From the IMG/VR virus record IMGVR_UViG_3300005512_000168, positions 1 to 33,644 of that record: 33,644 nucleotides of DNA. The stretch is one strand, 5' to 3'. Within the stretch, counting starts at the first letter, position 1. Every line of letters starts with the position of its first letter. The position numbers and the translations under genes were made by a program. This document shows, one piece after another, positions 25,542 through 33,644 of the stretch. The notes under the pieces are model-generated. The model made no database searches. It saw only the letters and a list, made by a program, of their open reading frames with translations, and was not told the origin of the DNA. Source of the DNA: a virus. Lineage: Duplodnaviria > Caudoviricetes.

Positions 25542-25932
25542 CGCATCAAAGCGCGGAGATCTCCAGAAACTCGCCGATAAGATGAGTTTGAATCTCGATA
25601 CAGTGGTTCGTAAGAGTTTGCTGGAGCTGACTGGAGATATCATTAAGAGGACTCCGGTTGATACCGGACGCGCCAGAGGGAATTGGCAAGCGACTGTCGG
25701 GAGCCCTGCAACTGGCGTACTTGATGCTGCTGACAAGAGCGGTGATAAAACGACAGGAAAGGCTCAAGATGCTATTTCCAAAGCTACCGGAAACATTTAC
25801 TATTTGACGAATAACTTGCCCTACATCCAAGCATTGGAATACGGGCATAGTAAGGAACAGGCACCGCATGGGTTTGTCCGACTTGCGGTTGCTGATTTTG
25901 AGGACTATGTTAAACAAAATATTAGGAGTTAA
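25528..25932 (+). CDS. HK97 gp10-like tail completion protein
   Basis: TPVDTGRARGNW and NNLPYI..LEYGHS..QAP.G motifs. Confidence 0.85.
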   Translation: MTVYNASKRGDLQKLADKMSLNLDTVVRKSLLELTGDIIKRTPVDTGRARGNWQATVGSPATGVLDAADKSGDKTTGKAQDAISKATGNIYYLTNNLPYIQALEYGHSKEQAPHGFVRLAVADFEDYVKQNIRS

Positions 25933-25935
25933 TAT

Positions 25936-26382
25936 ATGGCTGCTCAAACTTCAGCAGGTACTACTATTGCAATCACCGCTACAGGGCCATCTACGTATGA
26001 TGACAACGTAACTACGGGCTTTCCTTCTCTGACATTTACGACAGTGGGTGAGGTCGTGGATGCTGGCGAATACGGGCGCACTTATAACCTCGTTACCTAT
26101 AACCCGCTTGATTCTCGCAAGACAGTCAAGAAGAAGGGATCTTATAACGATGGCACAATGACGCTTCAGGTAGCGCGTGATCCAGACGATGCAGGACAGG
26201 CGATTCTAGTAACCGCTTTGGATAGTGATAACGACTACTATTTTGAGGTTACATTGCAGGATGGAACAGTACAGTATTTTGCTGCACAGGTTCTCTCCTA
26301 TACTACAGGCGTGGGGTCTGCTGACCAGATTACTAATGCCACCATTCAGATTGAGTTGACTAACTCAATCATTGAAGTTTAA
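25936..26382 (+). CDS. Major tail tube protein, copy 1
   Basis: GE..D.GEYGR...LVT..P...R...K.KGS.N.G motif; AGGAG RBS. Confidence 0.8.
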   Translation: MAAQTSAGTTIAITATGPSTYDDNVTTGFPSLTFTTVGEVVDAGEYGRTYNLVTYNPLDSRKTVKKKGSYNDGTMTLQVARDPDDAGQAILVTALDSDNDYYFEVTLQDGTVQYFAAQVLSYTTGVGSADQITNATIQIELTNSIIEV

Positions 26383-26398
26383 TAATAGGAGGTAGAAC

Positions 26399-26836
26399 AT
26401 GGCTGCTCAAACTTCCGCGGGCACTACGATTGAGATTAGTGCCTCCAATCCAGCCACATATAACGCGGCTGGTTTTGGTGCTCTCTCTTACTCAGTAGTT
26501 GGTGAAATTGTTGACGCTGGCGAGTATGGACGTACTTACAATCTGGTAACTCATAACCCACTGGATTCTCGTAAAACAGTAAAGAAGAAAGGCTCCTACA
26601 ATGATGGGACGATGACTTTACAGGTAGCACGCGATCCCTCTGATGCTGGTCAAGCTATTTTGGTGACTGCTTTGGATAGCGATTCAGATCATTCGTTTAA
26701 GGTTACTCTGCAAGACGGTACGATTCAGTATTTCGCTGCACAGGTTCTCTCTTATACGACTGGCGTGGGTAGTGCCGATCAGATTACAAACGCAACCATT
26801 CAGATTGAATTGACGGATGCAATTGTAGAGGTTTAA
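26399..26836 (+). CDS. Major tail tube protein, copy 2
   Basis: About 83% identical to copy 1 by hand alignment; AGGAGG RBS. Confidence 0.8.
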   Translation: MAAQTSAGTTIEISASNPATYNAAGFGALSYSVVGEIVDAGEYGRTYNLVTHNPLDSRKTVKKKGSYNDGTMTLQVARDPSDAGQAILVTALDSDSDHSFKVTLQDGTIQYFAAQVLSYTTGVGSADQITNATIQIELTDAIVEV

Positions 26837-26848
26837 ATCCGCAAGGAT

Positions 26849-26890
26849 CGTGAGGGGTGGGCCTGTCAGCGCCCTCTCACGTTATTTTTT
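26849..26890 (+). terminator. Intrinsic terminator after the tail tube genes
   Basis: CGTGAGGGG...CCCTCTCACG stem followed by TTATTTTTT. Confidence 0.7.
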
Positions 26891-26930
26891 AGTCGATACT
26901 GGCAGGAACTAACTGACAGGAGTATTTTGT

Positions 26931-27317
26931 ATGGACTTTTCCGACTTAGATGTGACCACAGCGGCAGACAAAGGCGCAGAGATGCAGGTGCGCCACCCTG
27001 TAACGGGCGAGGCGATGGATGCAAGTATTGTACTTTTGGGATCTGACTCAAAAACATTCCGTGACATTGTGCGTGATCGTGCAAGAGATGCAATGAATCA
27101 GCGTAAACGCAAGAATGTATCTCTCGAAGAGGCAGAAGAACAGGCATTGTCTACATTGGTTCGCTGTACGGTGTCATGGAAAGGAGTACAGGAGAAGGGT
27201 GAAAGCCTGAAGTGTACCCCTGAAAATGTTGAGCATATGTACAAGGGTTACCCGTGGTTGCGTGAGCAGGTTGATGAGTTTATTGGTGATCGGGCAAATT
27301 TTTTGAAGAGTGCTTAG
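26931..27317 (+). CDS. Tail assembly chaperone (gpG-like)
   Basis: Lies between the tube genes and tape measure; HPVTGE, LGSDS and PWLREQVD.F..DRANF motifs. Confidence 0.8.
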   Translation: MDFSDLDVTTAADKGAEMQVRHPVTGEAMDASIVLLGSDSKTFRDIVRDRARDAMNQRKRKNVSLEEAEEQALSTLVRCTVSWKGVQEKGESLKCTPENVEHMYKGYPWLREQVDEFIGDRANFLKSA

Positions 27318-27748
27318 AATCGTGGATTTTATGGGTAAGACAAGAAGCGTGGCTCAATACTGTACCGGAGAAGGCGAAACAGTCTCGACGGCACACAGTA
27401 TCAGAGAGCGCCTCTGTTTTGCCAGAGGTTCTTGGCACAATGTTTTATATCGATGCCCTACATGATGCTGGCACGCTCGATATTGTAGGCATGGGCGGGT
27501 ATGCGCCTTTAAGTTGGAGAGAAATTTGCGCGTGGAATAGGGCGGCTGGATATGGTTTAACAGGTACAGAGTTAAGCACAATTCGGAAGCTATCAAAAGA
27601 GTATGTTGCTCAGGCAAATGCAGCACGAAAACCAAACTGTCCAGCGCCTTATGTTGAGGCGATCGACAGAGAAAAAGTGGGACAAAAGGTGGGTAATTTG
27701 TTTAGACTAGCATCAAAACGAATAGAGGCGAAAAAGCATGGCAACTGA
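27296..27748 (+). CDS. gpT-like extension reached by a -1 programmed frameshift
   Basis: Slippery A-AAT-TTT at 27296-27302; the -1 frame is open from 27302 to the stop at 27748. Confidence 0.7.
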   Translation, partial: KFFEECLESWILWVRQEAWLNTVPEKAKQSRRHTVSESASVLPEVLGTMFYIDALHDAGTLDIVGMGGYAPLSWREICAWNRAAGYGLTGTELSTIRKLSKEYVAQANAARKPNCPAPYVEAIDREKVGQKVGNLFRLASKRIEAKKHGN

Positions 27749-30700
27749 CTTTATGAAATTGGGTATTTCTGTTGATACTCGTGAAGTTAAGAAAGCAGAA
27801 AAGGAAGTCTCCAGCCTCGCCACCACGACTGAGAAAACCGCTCGCCGCTCAGTAAAAGCCACCGATCAAATGAAGGGTGGCTGGTCTAGCATGAGGAGTG
27901 CTATTGGGCTAGTTGGAACAGCAATGGCGGCTCTTGGTGTTCGCGAATTGATACAAGTCAATCGGCAGTTTGCCGTGATGCGTTCTAGCTTGGTTACAGT
28001 TACAGGGTCTGCTGATAAAGCAAATGCAGCATTTCAGCAGATCAGCAGTTTTGCGGCACAAACCCCATTTTCCATTCAAGAGGTCACAAACTCATTTATC
28101 AAGCTGAAATCTCTCGGTCTTGACCCCTCAGAGGCTGCTATGCGCTCCTATGGCAACACAGCGGCAGCTATGGGTAAATCCATGAATCAGATGATTGAGG
28201 CCGTTGCAGATGCCTCTACAGGTGAGTTTGAGCGCCTAAAAGAGTTTGGTATCAAGGCGAAGTCTCAAGGGGATCAAGTGTCCCTTACCTTCCAAGGTGT
28301 GACCAAAACCATTGGTAAGAATAGCGAGGAAATCCAGCAGTATTTGATGGATATTGGAAACGTCCAATTTGCTGGAGCAATGGAAAGACAAGCTGCCTCA
28401 CTGGATGGCGCGTTAAGCAATCTCGGTGACTCATGGGATAGTTTTCTTGATCGGCTCATGGGGCCGAACCTTGAATCTGCTACAGGCGCAGTCATTTCTG
28501 CGATGGCTGAGATACTTAGAGCGGCGGGTGATGCTGCTGAATTGCTTGATGGCCTGTTTGCTGATGGTGATCGATTTGAGGCATCTAATGCTGCTCATGC
28601 TGCAAAAGTCTTAGAGGACTCTATCAAAAGTCTTGAGGGGCAGATCAGCCAAACAGAAGCAGCTATGCGACAGCAGCTTGAAGCACTGGAGACACTAGAG
28701 ATACAGGCACAGAATAACTCACAAATGGAAGAGTTGCTGGCAGGCTCCATAGCATCTACCAAGCAGCAATATTCCGATTCAGAGGCCAAACTAGCGGAGT
28801 TGAAAGCGCAATTGGCGGCATACCTTGCACAACAAGGGGCGGCACCCGCGACAATTGCGGCAACTACTGGAGCGATTCAGGCACAGATAGGCGCATTACA
28901 GGAACAAAGCGCGGCGTTTGCTGGAGTGATGGCGCAACTTGCTGACCATAACCGTAAACTGACTATGACAGCAGAACAGTACCAGTTTGCCACGTATGCG
29001 GCTAAGGGGATGACTGCCGCAGAAATCAAAGAGGCTATGGCGTTGTGGAATACTAATAACGCCCTTAAAGAGAATAAAAAGGCCACAGAAGCAGCGGCAA
29101 AAGCAGCAGCGAAGGCCGCAAAGTCCACCGCAAAAGCAGCAGCGAAGGCCGCAAAGTCCACCGCAAAAGCATCAGAGAAAGCCGCAAAGTCCACCGCAGA
29201 AGCATCAGCGAAAGCAGCTAAACAGGTTGAGGAGGATGCGGCGAAAATGACAGAGGCTGTCAACGGCTTCATTGATGATTTTGTAGATGCAGCGTTTGAT
29301 GGCTTTGAATCTGTCGGGGGTATGTTTGAAGATCTGCTTGTTAACATGGTTAAACAGGCAGCAGCTAATCAGATCCGTCTTGCGTTGGATATGGATGTTA
29401 CTGGTGGCGGTCTGTCTCTGTTTGGTGGCGGCGGTTCTACTGGCATACTTGATATTGCAAGCGGCCTCAACACTGGGTATGGGTTACTGACAGGCACCAG
29501 CGCCCTCAGCACTGCGTTAGGATATGGAACCAGTGTTGCAGGACTAACAGCGGGCGGAATGGGTATGTCGCAGGCTTCGATGCTAGCGGCTCAAACTGCT
29601 GAGTTCGGACTTGCTGGTACGAGCGCAACAATGAGTGCAGCAGGTTATTCCGCCTACACTGCTTTGGCCAACGCTGTACCTTACATAGCAGCAGCAGTTG
29701 CCTTGTATTCTATTTTTGGTGACGACGACCCCCCAGACATTACGGGAGCGGGTGACGTTGATCTCACTCTCAATAAGCTTAATACCGCCCTTATGGGTGC
29801 CGATGTCACAGAAGATAATGCAGCAATCGGGACAGCAATGGCGGAAGCAGTGCTTGGGCTTAACAATGCAATTGAGCAGATCACAGGTTTTGACCCTACG
29901 GGTCGTTTCAGGATGTGGTATCGCCCAGACCAAGGTGCTCCATTCCAAATATCACCAGGGGGCGAGGGTACCCCTGCAGAAACCTTCAAGACCTATGAAG
30001 AGTGGTTGGCGAGAACGAATGAATTGCTCCTTGAAGGGGTTGGGTTAACAACAGAAGAATACCAACAAATAATCGATTTAAAAACTATGCAGACAGCCTT
30101 CACTGAAGGGTTGAAGCCATTACAACAGCGTCTACAAGAGGCAGGACTAGAGCTTCCCGCCACACAAGAGGCATTCAATCAGCTACTCACAGAGCTTGAT
30201 CTGACGACAGAAGCAGGTCGAAACACCTTCGCAACATTCTACAGTCTGCGAACTGAAATTAGCGCCCTCTATAAAGAGATGGAGCAGAATAAAGAGATGG
30301 AGCAGACCCTCTATAAAGAGATGGAGCAGAATGGTTTGGGTGCAATGTGGGCGAATGTCGCCAAAGAGTTTGAGACGGCGGTCTCTTCATCCTTCAAGGT
30401 GTTGTCCGATGCTGTAGAGACTCAGAAAACGGCTGTAGAGGAAGCGTATGAAGCGTCAGCAGACTCTATTGCAAACCAGATAGAGACTAAGCTAGGTAGC
30501 GTTGAGGTCGTTAGAGAGCTGTCTGATGCGTTAGCTGCTGCGATTGGTGATGCTGCTATCTCTGGTGGTATGGATAGATTCGCTGCAACCAGATACCTGC
30601 AAGGGGTTATCGCTACTGCGAGAAGTGGTGGCGGTCTACCTACAGCAGAGGGTATTTCTGGTGCGCTAACTGCATTAACTGGGGTGACTGGTGGACAGTT

Positions 30701-31505
30701 TGCCTCTCGTCTTGAGTATCAGCGTTATCAGGCGACCACTACAAGCCTGCTTACTGATCTAAAATCACTTGCTGATGACGAGATAACTACTGAAGAACTA
30801 TCCCTTGAAGAACTAGAGAAGCAGAGCGAGACACTAACTGCCACCTATGAAGCAGAGATAGAGCGTCTTGATGGTATTCTTGAAAACGCACAAGAGCAAT
30901 TAGATACCCTGAATGGCATTGATAATACTCTGGTGGGTGTTGAGGCCGCACTACTGGCATTCAATAACTCCATTCAGGCGTTGGCCTCCAGTCAAACAGC
31001 GTTTGGTGGCGCTGCTGCATCGGAGGCAAGCTCAGCAGCAGTGGCAATGACGGGTCGTGCTACGCGTGAGGAAGAAATAGCGTACCTTGCAGGCGCTGAC
31101 TTACAAGCTCAGGCTACAGTAGACGCCATCGCTGAATATACGGCGAAATACAATATTGGAGCGGGTGAGGCTGCTGGAATCTTCAGTGAGGCATTAGGAG
31201 AGACTGTAACAGCCTCTGAATTACGCACCGCTGGACTTGCGTTTGCCAATGGCGGTTTTCATGCTGGTGGTTTGCGCATGGTGGGAGAGCGGGGGCCAGA
31301 GCTTGAGTGGACGGGTCAATCTAATATTATGAGTAACGCCAGTTTGCGAGATATGCTTGATTCTACTGATGTGGTTAACGAGATCCGCGAGCTTAGACAG
31401 GAAAATCGAGCCGCTTTGTATAGTGTTGCTAAAAATACAAATTCCATTCGCAAGCTAAATGACCAGTGGAATAACGATGGTCTGCCACCGGAGCGCACAC
31501 AATGA
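27738..31505 (+). CDS. Tail tape measure protein
   Basis: 1255 aa, Ala-rich and helical; FAAQTPFSIQEV domain and C-terminal FANGGFHAGGLRMVGERGPELE. Confidence 0.93.
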   Translation: MATDFMKLGISVDTREVKKAEKEVSSLATTTEKTARRSVKATDQMKGGWSSMRSAIGLVGTAMAALGVRELIQVNRQFAVMRSSLVTVTGSADKANAAFQQISSFAAQTPFSIQEVTNSFIKLKSLGLDPSEAAMRSYGNTAAAMGKSMNQMIEAVADASTGEFERLKEFGIKAKSQGDQVSLTFQGVTKTIGKNSEEIQQYLMDIGNVQFAGAMERQAASLDGALSNLGDSWDSFLDRLMGPNLESATGAVISAMAEILRAAGDAAELLDGLFADGDRFEASNAAHAAKVLEDSIKSLEGQISQTEAAMRQQLEALETLEIQAQNNSQMEELLAGSIASTKQQYSDSEAKLAELKAQLAAYLAQQGAAPATIAATTGAIQAQIGALQEQSAAFAGVMAQLADHNRKLTMTAEQYQFATYAAKGMTAAEIKEAMALWNTNNALKENKKATEAAAKAAAKAAKSTAKAAAKAAKSTAKASEKAAKSTAEASAKAAKQVEEDAAKMTEAVNGFIDDFVDAAFDGFESVGGMFEDLLVNMVKQAAANQIRLALDMDVTGGGLSLFGGGGSTGILDIASGLNTGYGLLTGTSALSTALGYGTSVAGLTAGGMGMSQASMLAAQTAEFGLAGTSATMSAAGYSAYTALANAVPYIAAAVALYSIFGDDDPPDITGAGDVDLTLNKLNTALMGADVTEDNAAIGTAMAEAVLGLNNAIEQITGFDPTGRFRMWYRPDQGAPFQISPGGEGTPAETFKTYEEWLARTNELLLEGVGLTTEEYQQIIDLKTMQTAFTEGLKPLQQRLQEAGLELPATQEAFNQLLTELDLTTEAGRNTFATFYSLRTEISALYKEMEQNKEMEQTLYKEMEQNGLGAMWANVAKEFETAVSSSFKVLSDAVETQKTAVEEAYEASADSIANQIETKLGSVEVVRELSDALAAAIGDAAISGGMDRFAATRYLQGVIATARSGGGLPTAEGISGALTALTGVTGGQFASRLEYQRYQATTTSLLTDLKSLADDEITTEELSLEELEKQSETLTATYEAEIERLDGILENAQEQLDTLNGIDNTLVGVEAALLAFNNSIQALASSQTAFGGAAASEASSAAVAMTGRATREEEIAYLAGADLQAQATVDAIAEYTAKYNIGAGEAAGIFSEALGETVTASELRTAGLAFANGGFHAGGLRMVGERGPELEWTGQSNIMSNASLRDMLDSTDVVNEIRELRQENRAALYSVAKNTNSIRKLNDQWNNDGLPPERTQ
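29097..29218 (+). repeat. 33-bp in-frame tandem repeat (~3.7 copies) in the tape measure gene
   Basis: GCAAAAGCAGCAGCGAAGGCCGCAAAGTCCACC is exact at 29097 and 29130, with variants at 29163 and 29196. Confidence 0.9.
30265..30332 (+). repeat. Nested in-frame duplication in the tape measure gene
   Basis: AAAGAGATGGAGCAGA occurs three times; a 26-bp unit is exact at 30265 and 30307. Confidence 0.85.
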
Positions 31506-32413
31506 AGATTATTAGACCGCTTGATGTTACAGATGCTGTCTTAACAGATTCTAACCTGACAGAAACAGAGCATTCAGAGTGGAGCAGTGCAACCACCTAC
31601 GCTCTCGGAGATAATGTGCAGGTGACTACGGGCGGCGTTCATAGTATTTATGAGTCTGCGCAAGCGTCAAACCTGAACAACGACCCAACAGATGCGACTA
31701 ATATCCCCACTTGGTGGCTTCTCGTTTCCGCCACAAACAAATGGAAAGCGTTTGACGAAAAGATTGCAGATCAAACTGTAAACACCGCTTCAATCACCTA
31801 TGAGTTTACTCCTGCTGAGTGGGTCAATGCGGCTGCGTTCTTCAACCTCGACGCAACTGATCTCAATATCACCATGACTGATCCTACAGATGGAGAGGTT
31901 TACAACGAGGATTATTCCCTAGTGGATAATACAGCTATCTCGAATTGGTACGATTACTTTTTTGAGCCGATTGTTCGTATTTCTGAGACATTGATTTTAG
32001 ATCTCCCTAACTACAAGGATGCTGTGATTGATGTTTCGATCTCCGTCACCAGCGGCAATGCGGAGGTGGGAGAGGTTGTGCTTGGTACACAGAAACTGAT
32101 TGGAGATGCTGTATTTGGCACCTCTGTAGGAATCCAAGACTACTCATTGAAAGAGCGTGACACCTTTGGTAATGCTATTATTACAGCTAGAGATTTCTCA
32201 TCGCGTGTTGAGTATGATTTGGTGATCAATACCGCGTCCATTCGCGGCATACAACGCACATTATCTGATCTCAGAGCAACGCCGATTGTCTGGACTGGTA
32301 CTGATGATGGAGATTATGGGACATTGGTTTATGGTTACTATAAAGATTTTGATATTGTGATTAGTGAGCCAGTAACATCCAGAGCAACAATTGAAGTCGA
32401 GGGACTAACATAA
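31502..32413 (+). CDS. Distal tail / tail tip protein
   Basis: Follows the tape measure gene; WSSATTYALGD.V small carbohydrate-binding-like motif and GIQDYS.KE.D.FG. Confidence 0.65.
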   Translation: MKIIRPLDVTDAVLTDSNLTETEHSEWSSATTYALGDNVQVTTGGVHSIYESAQASNLNNDPTDATNIPTWWLLVSATNKWKAFDEKIADQTVNTASITYEFTPAEWVNAAAFFNLDATDLNITMTDPTDGEVYNEDYSLVDNTAISNWYDYFFEPIVRISETLILDLPNYKDAVIDVSISVTSGNAEVGEVVLGTQKLIGDAVFGTSVGIQDYSLKERDTFGNAIITARDFSSRVEYDLVINTASIRGIQRTLSDLRATPIVWTGTDDGDYGTLVYGYYKDFDIVISEPVTSRATIEVEGLT

Positions 32414-33315
32414 TGCCGATTACAGCTTTACCAACACCGCCACAACGGACGGACGACCCGACCACGTTTGCCAATCGTGCAGATGCGCTATTATCAGCTT
32501 TACCCACTTTTGTCACTGAAGCTAACACACTGGAAACAGATGTTGATTCTGATAAGGTTGCATCAGAAGCAGCGCAGACCGCCGCTGAAACTGCTCAAAC
32601 GGCAGCAGAGACCGCACAGACCGCCGCTGAAACAGCCCAAACAGCAGCAGAGACAGCGCAAACGTCAGTAGCAGCAGATAAAGCGGCTTTTGATGCAGCA
32701 TATGATGTATTTGATGATCGTTATCTTGGTTCCAAAGCATCCGCTCCAACATTAGATAATGATGGTGACGCACTGCAAGATGGGGCAATGTATTTCGATA
32801 CTACTCTAAACTATTTGCAGGTCTATGATGTAGGCACAACAACATGGATCTCCATACCACCAACAACAATCGCTTCATTAACTGATGTAACCCTGACATC
32901 TATCGAAACGGGTGAAATTCTGAAGTGGGATGGTGCTGGATGGGTTAACCAGACGTTAGCAGAGGCAGGGATTGCTCCAGCTAATAATCCGACATTTTCA
33001 GGTAATGCTACTTTCGTAGAGATCACAGAGACCACCTACAACCTCACAGGTACAGATATTGACCCTGCGAATGGTCAGGTGCAGACCAAGACACTCTCAG
33101 CTAACACAACCTTCACCGAATCACTCGAAGATGGACAGGCGGTGCTATTGGGTATTGATGACGGTACGGCTTACACAGTAACACACCCGACGATAACATG
33201 GACGAAGGCAGGTGGATCAGCCGCTGCACCAACGCTTGCAACCACTGGTTATACGTGGATTCTGTACTGGAAGGTCGGAAGTACCTTGTACGGTTCAGAG
33301 GTGGGGCAACCATAA
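32413..33315 (+). CDS. Tail fibre / spike proximal protein
   Basis: ITALPTPP.R.D.P.TF..RADA N-terminus, AAETAQT heptad repeats and FDDRYLG.KAS.PTLDNDG motif. Confidence 0.7.
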   Translation: MPITALPTPPQRTDDPTTFANRADALLSALPTFVTEANTLETDVDSDKVASEAAQTAAETAQTAAETAQTAAETAQTAAETAQTSVAADKAAFDAAYDVFDDRYLGSKASAPTLDNDGDALQDGAMYFDTTLNYLQVYDVGTTTWISIPPTTIASLTDVTLTSIETGEILKWDGAGWVNQTLAEAGIAPANNPTFSGNATFVEITETTYNLTGTDIDPANGQVQTKTLSANTTFTESLEDGQAVLLGIDDGTAYTVTHPTITWTKAGGSAAAPTLATTGYTWILYWKVGSTLYGSEVGQP

Positions 33316-33644
33316 TGAGTGTATTACTTAAAGCGGGGGCTATGGCTGGAAGGGCAGACGCCGCCCTAAACATTGAGGATGTGTTCTCTACCTATGTGCA
33401 TACCGGCACTGGCGTAGCTAAAGACATTGTAACTGGTATTGACCTATCTACTGAAGGTGGGATGATCTGGTCAAAGTGGCGGTCAGGAGCTATAGGTACT
33501 GGAAGTAATTACATTTTCGATACTGAGAGAGGTACTGATAAAAGGATACAGACTGACTCAACTGCTGCTGAGTCAACTCAAAGCGGATTAATTACCGCCT
33601 TTAATACTGACGGGCATTCACTAGGTAGCCACTCCAATGTGAAT
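33315..33644 (+). CDS. Tail fibre / virion structural protein, 5' part (continues at base 1)
   Basis: TAATG overlap; MSVLLKAG...IEDVFSTYVHTGTG...IDLSTEGGMIWSK is open to the window end. Confidence 0.75.
   Translation, partial: MSVLLKAGAMAGRADAALNIEDVFSTYVHTGTGVAKDIVTGIDLSTEGGMIWSKWRSGAIGTGSNYIFDTERGTDKRIQTDSTAAESTQSGLITAFNTDGHSLGSHSNVN
33522..33644 (+). repeat. Terminal direct repeat, copy 2
   Basis: Identical to 1-123. Confidence 0.95.

Noticed and set aside
28877-29347. Antisense FAAFAA-rich ORF and other overlapping ORFs in the track
   Set aside because: They are shadows of Ala/Lys-rich or otherwise well-supported genes and have no independent motifs.

Overview
The window is an apparently complete, circularly permuted tailed-phage genome (siphovirus-like, 33,521 bp unique; bases 1-123 repeat exactly at 33522-33644). 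Its layout is lambdoid. A leftward early arm carries ERF recombinase, 3'-5' exonuclease, SSB-like protein, HNH, ThyX and MazG. A divergent promoter region lies near 9.7 kb. A rightward arm carries replication and nin genes, two DNA methyltransferases, terminase, head, tail and tail-fibre genes. I see no integrase, CI-type repressor, DNA polymerase or classical endolysin. The standout is a phage-borne array of three integron-type gene cassettes (12750-14163). It has three attC-like sites and an attI-like end, but the genome has no integron integrase. Every ORF points opposite to the attC polarity, so the cassettes would be read from the phage's own rightward transcript. Other notable items: a tandem double replication module (two Arc-like RHH paralogues, two initiator-like genes, two iteron-like sets), three C4-like/anti-SD RNA leaders, tandem duplicated tail-tube genes and a -1 frameshift in the tail chaperone. 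All family assignments come from motif recognition and synteny, not database searches.
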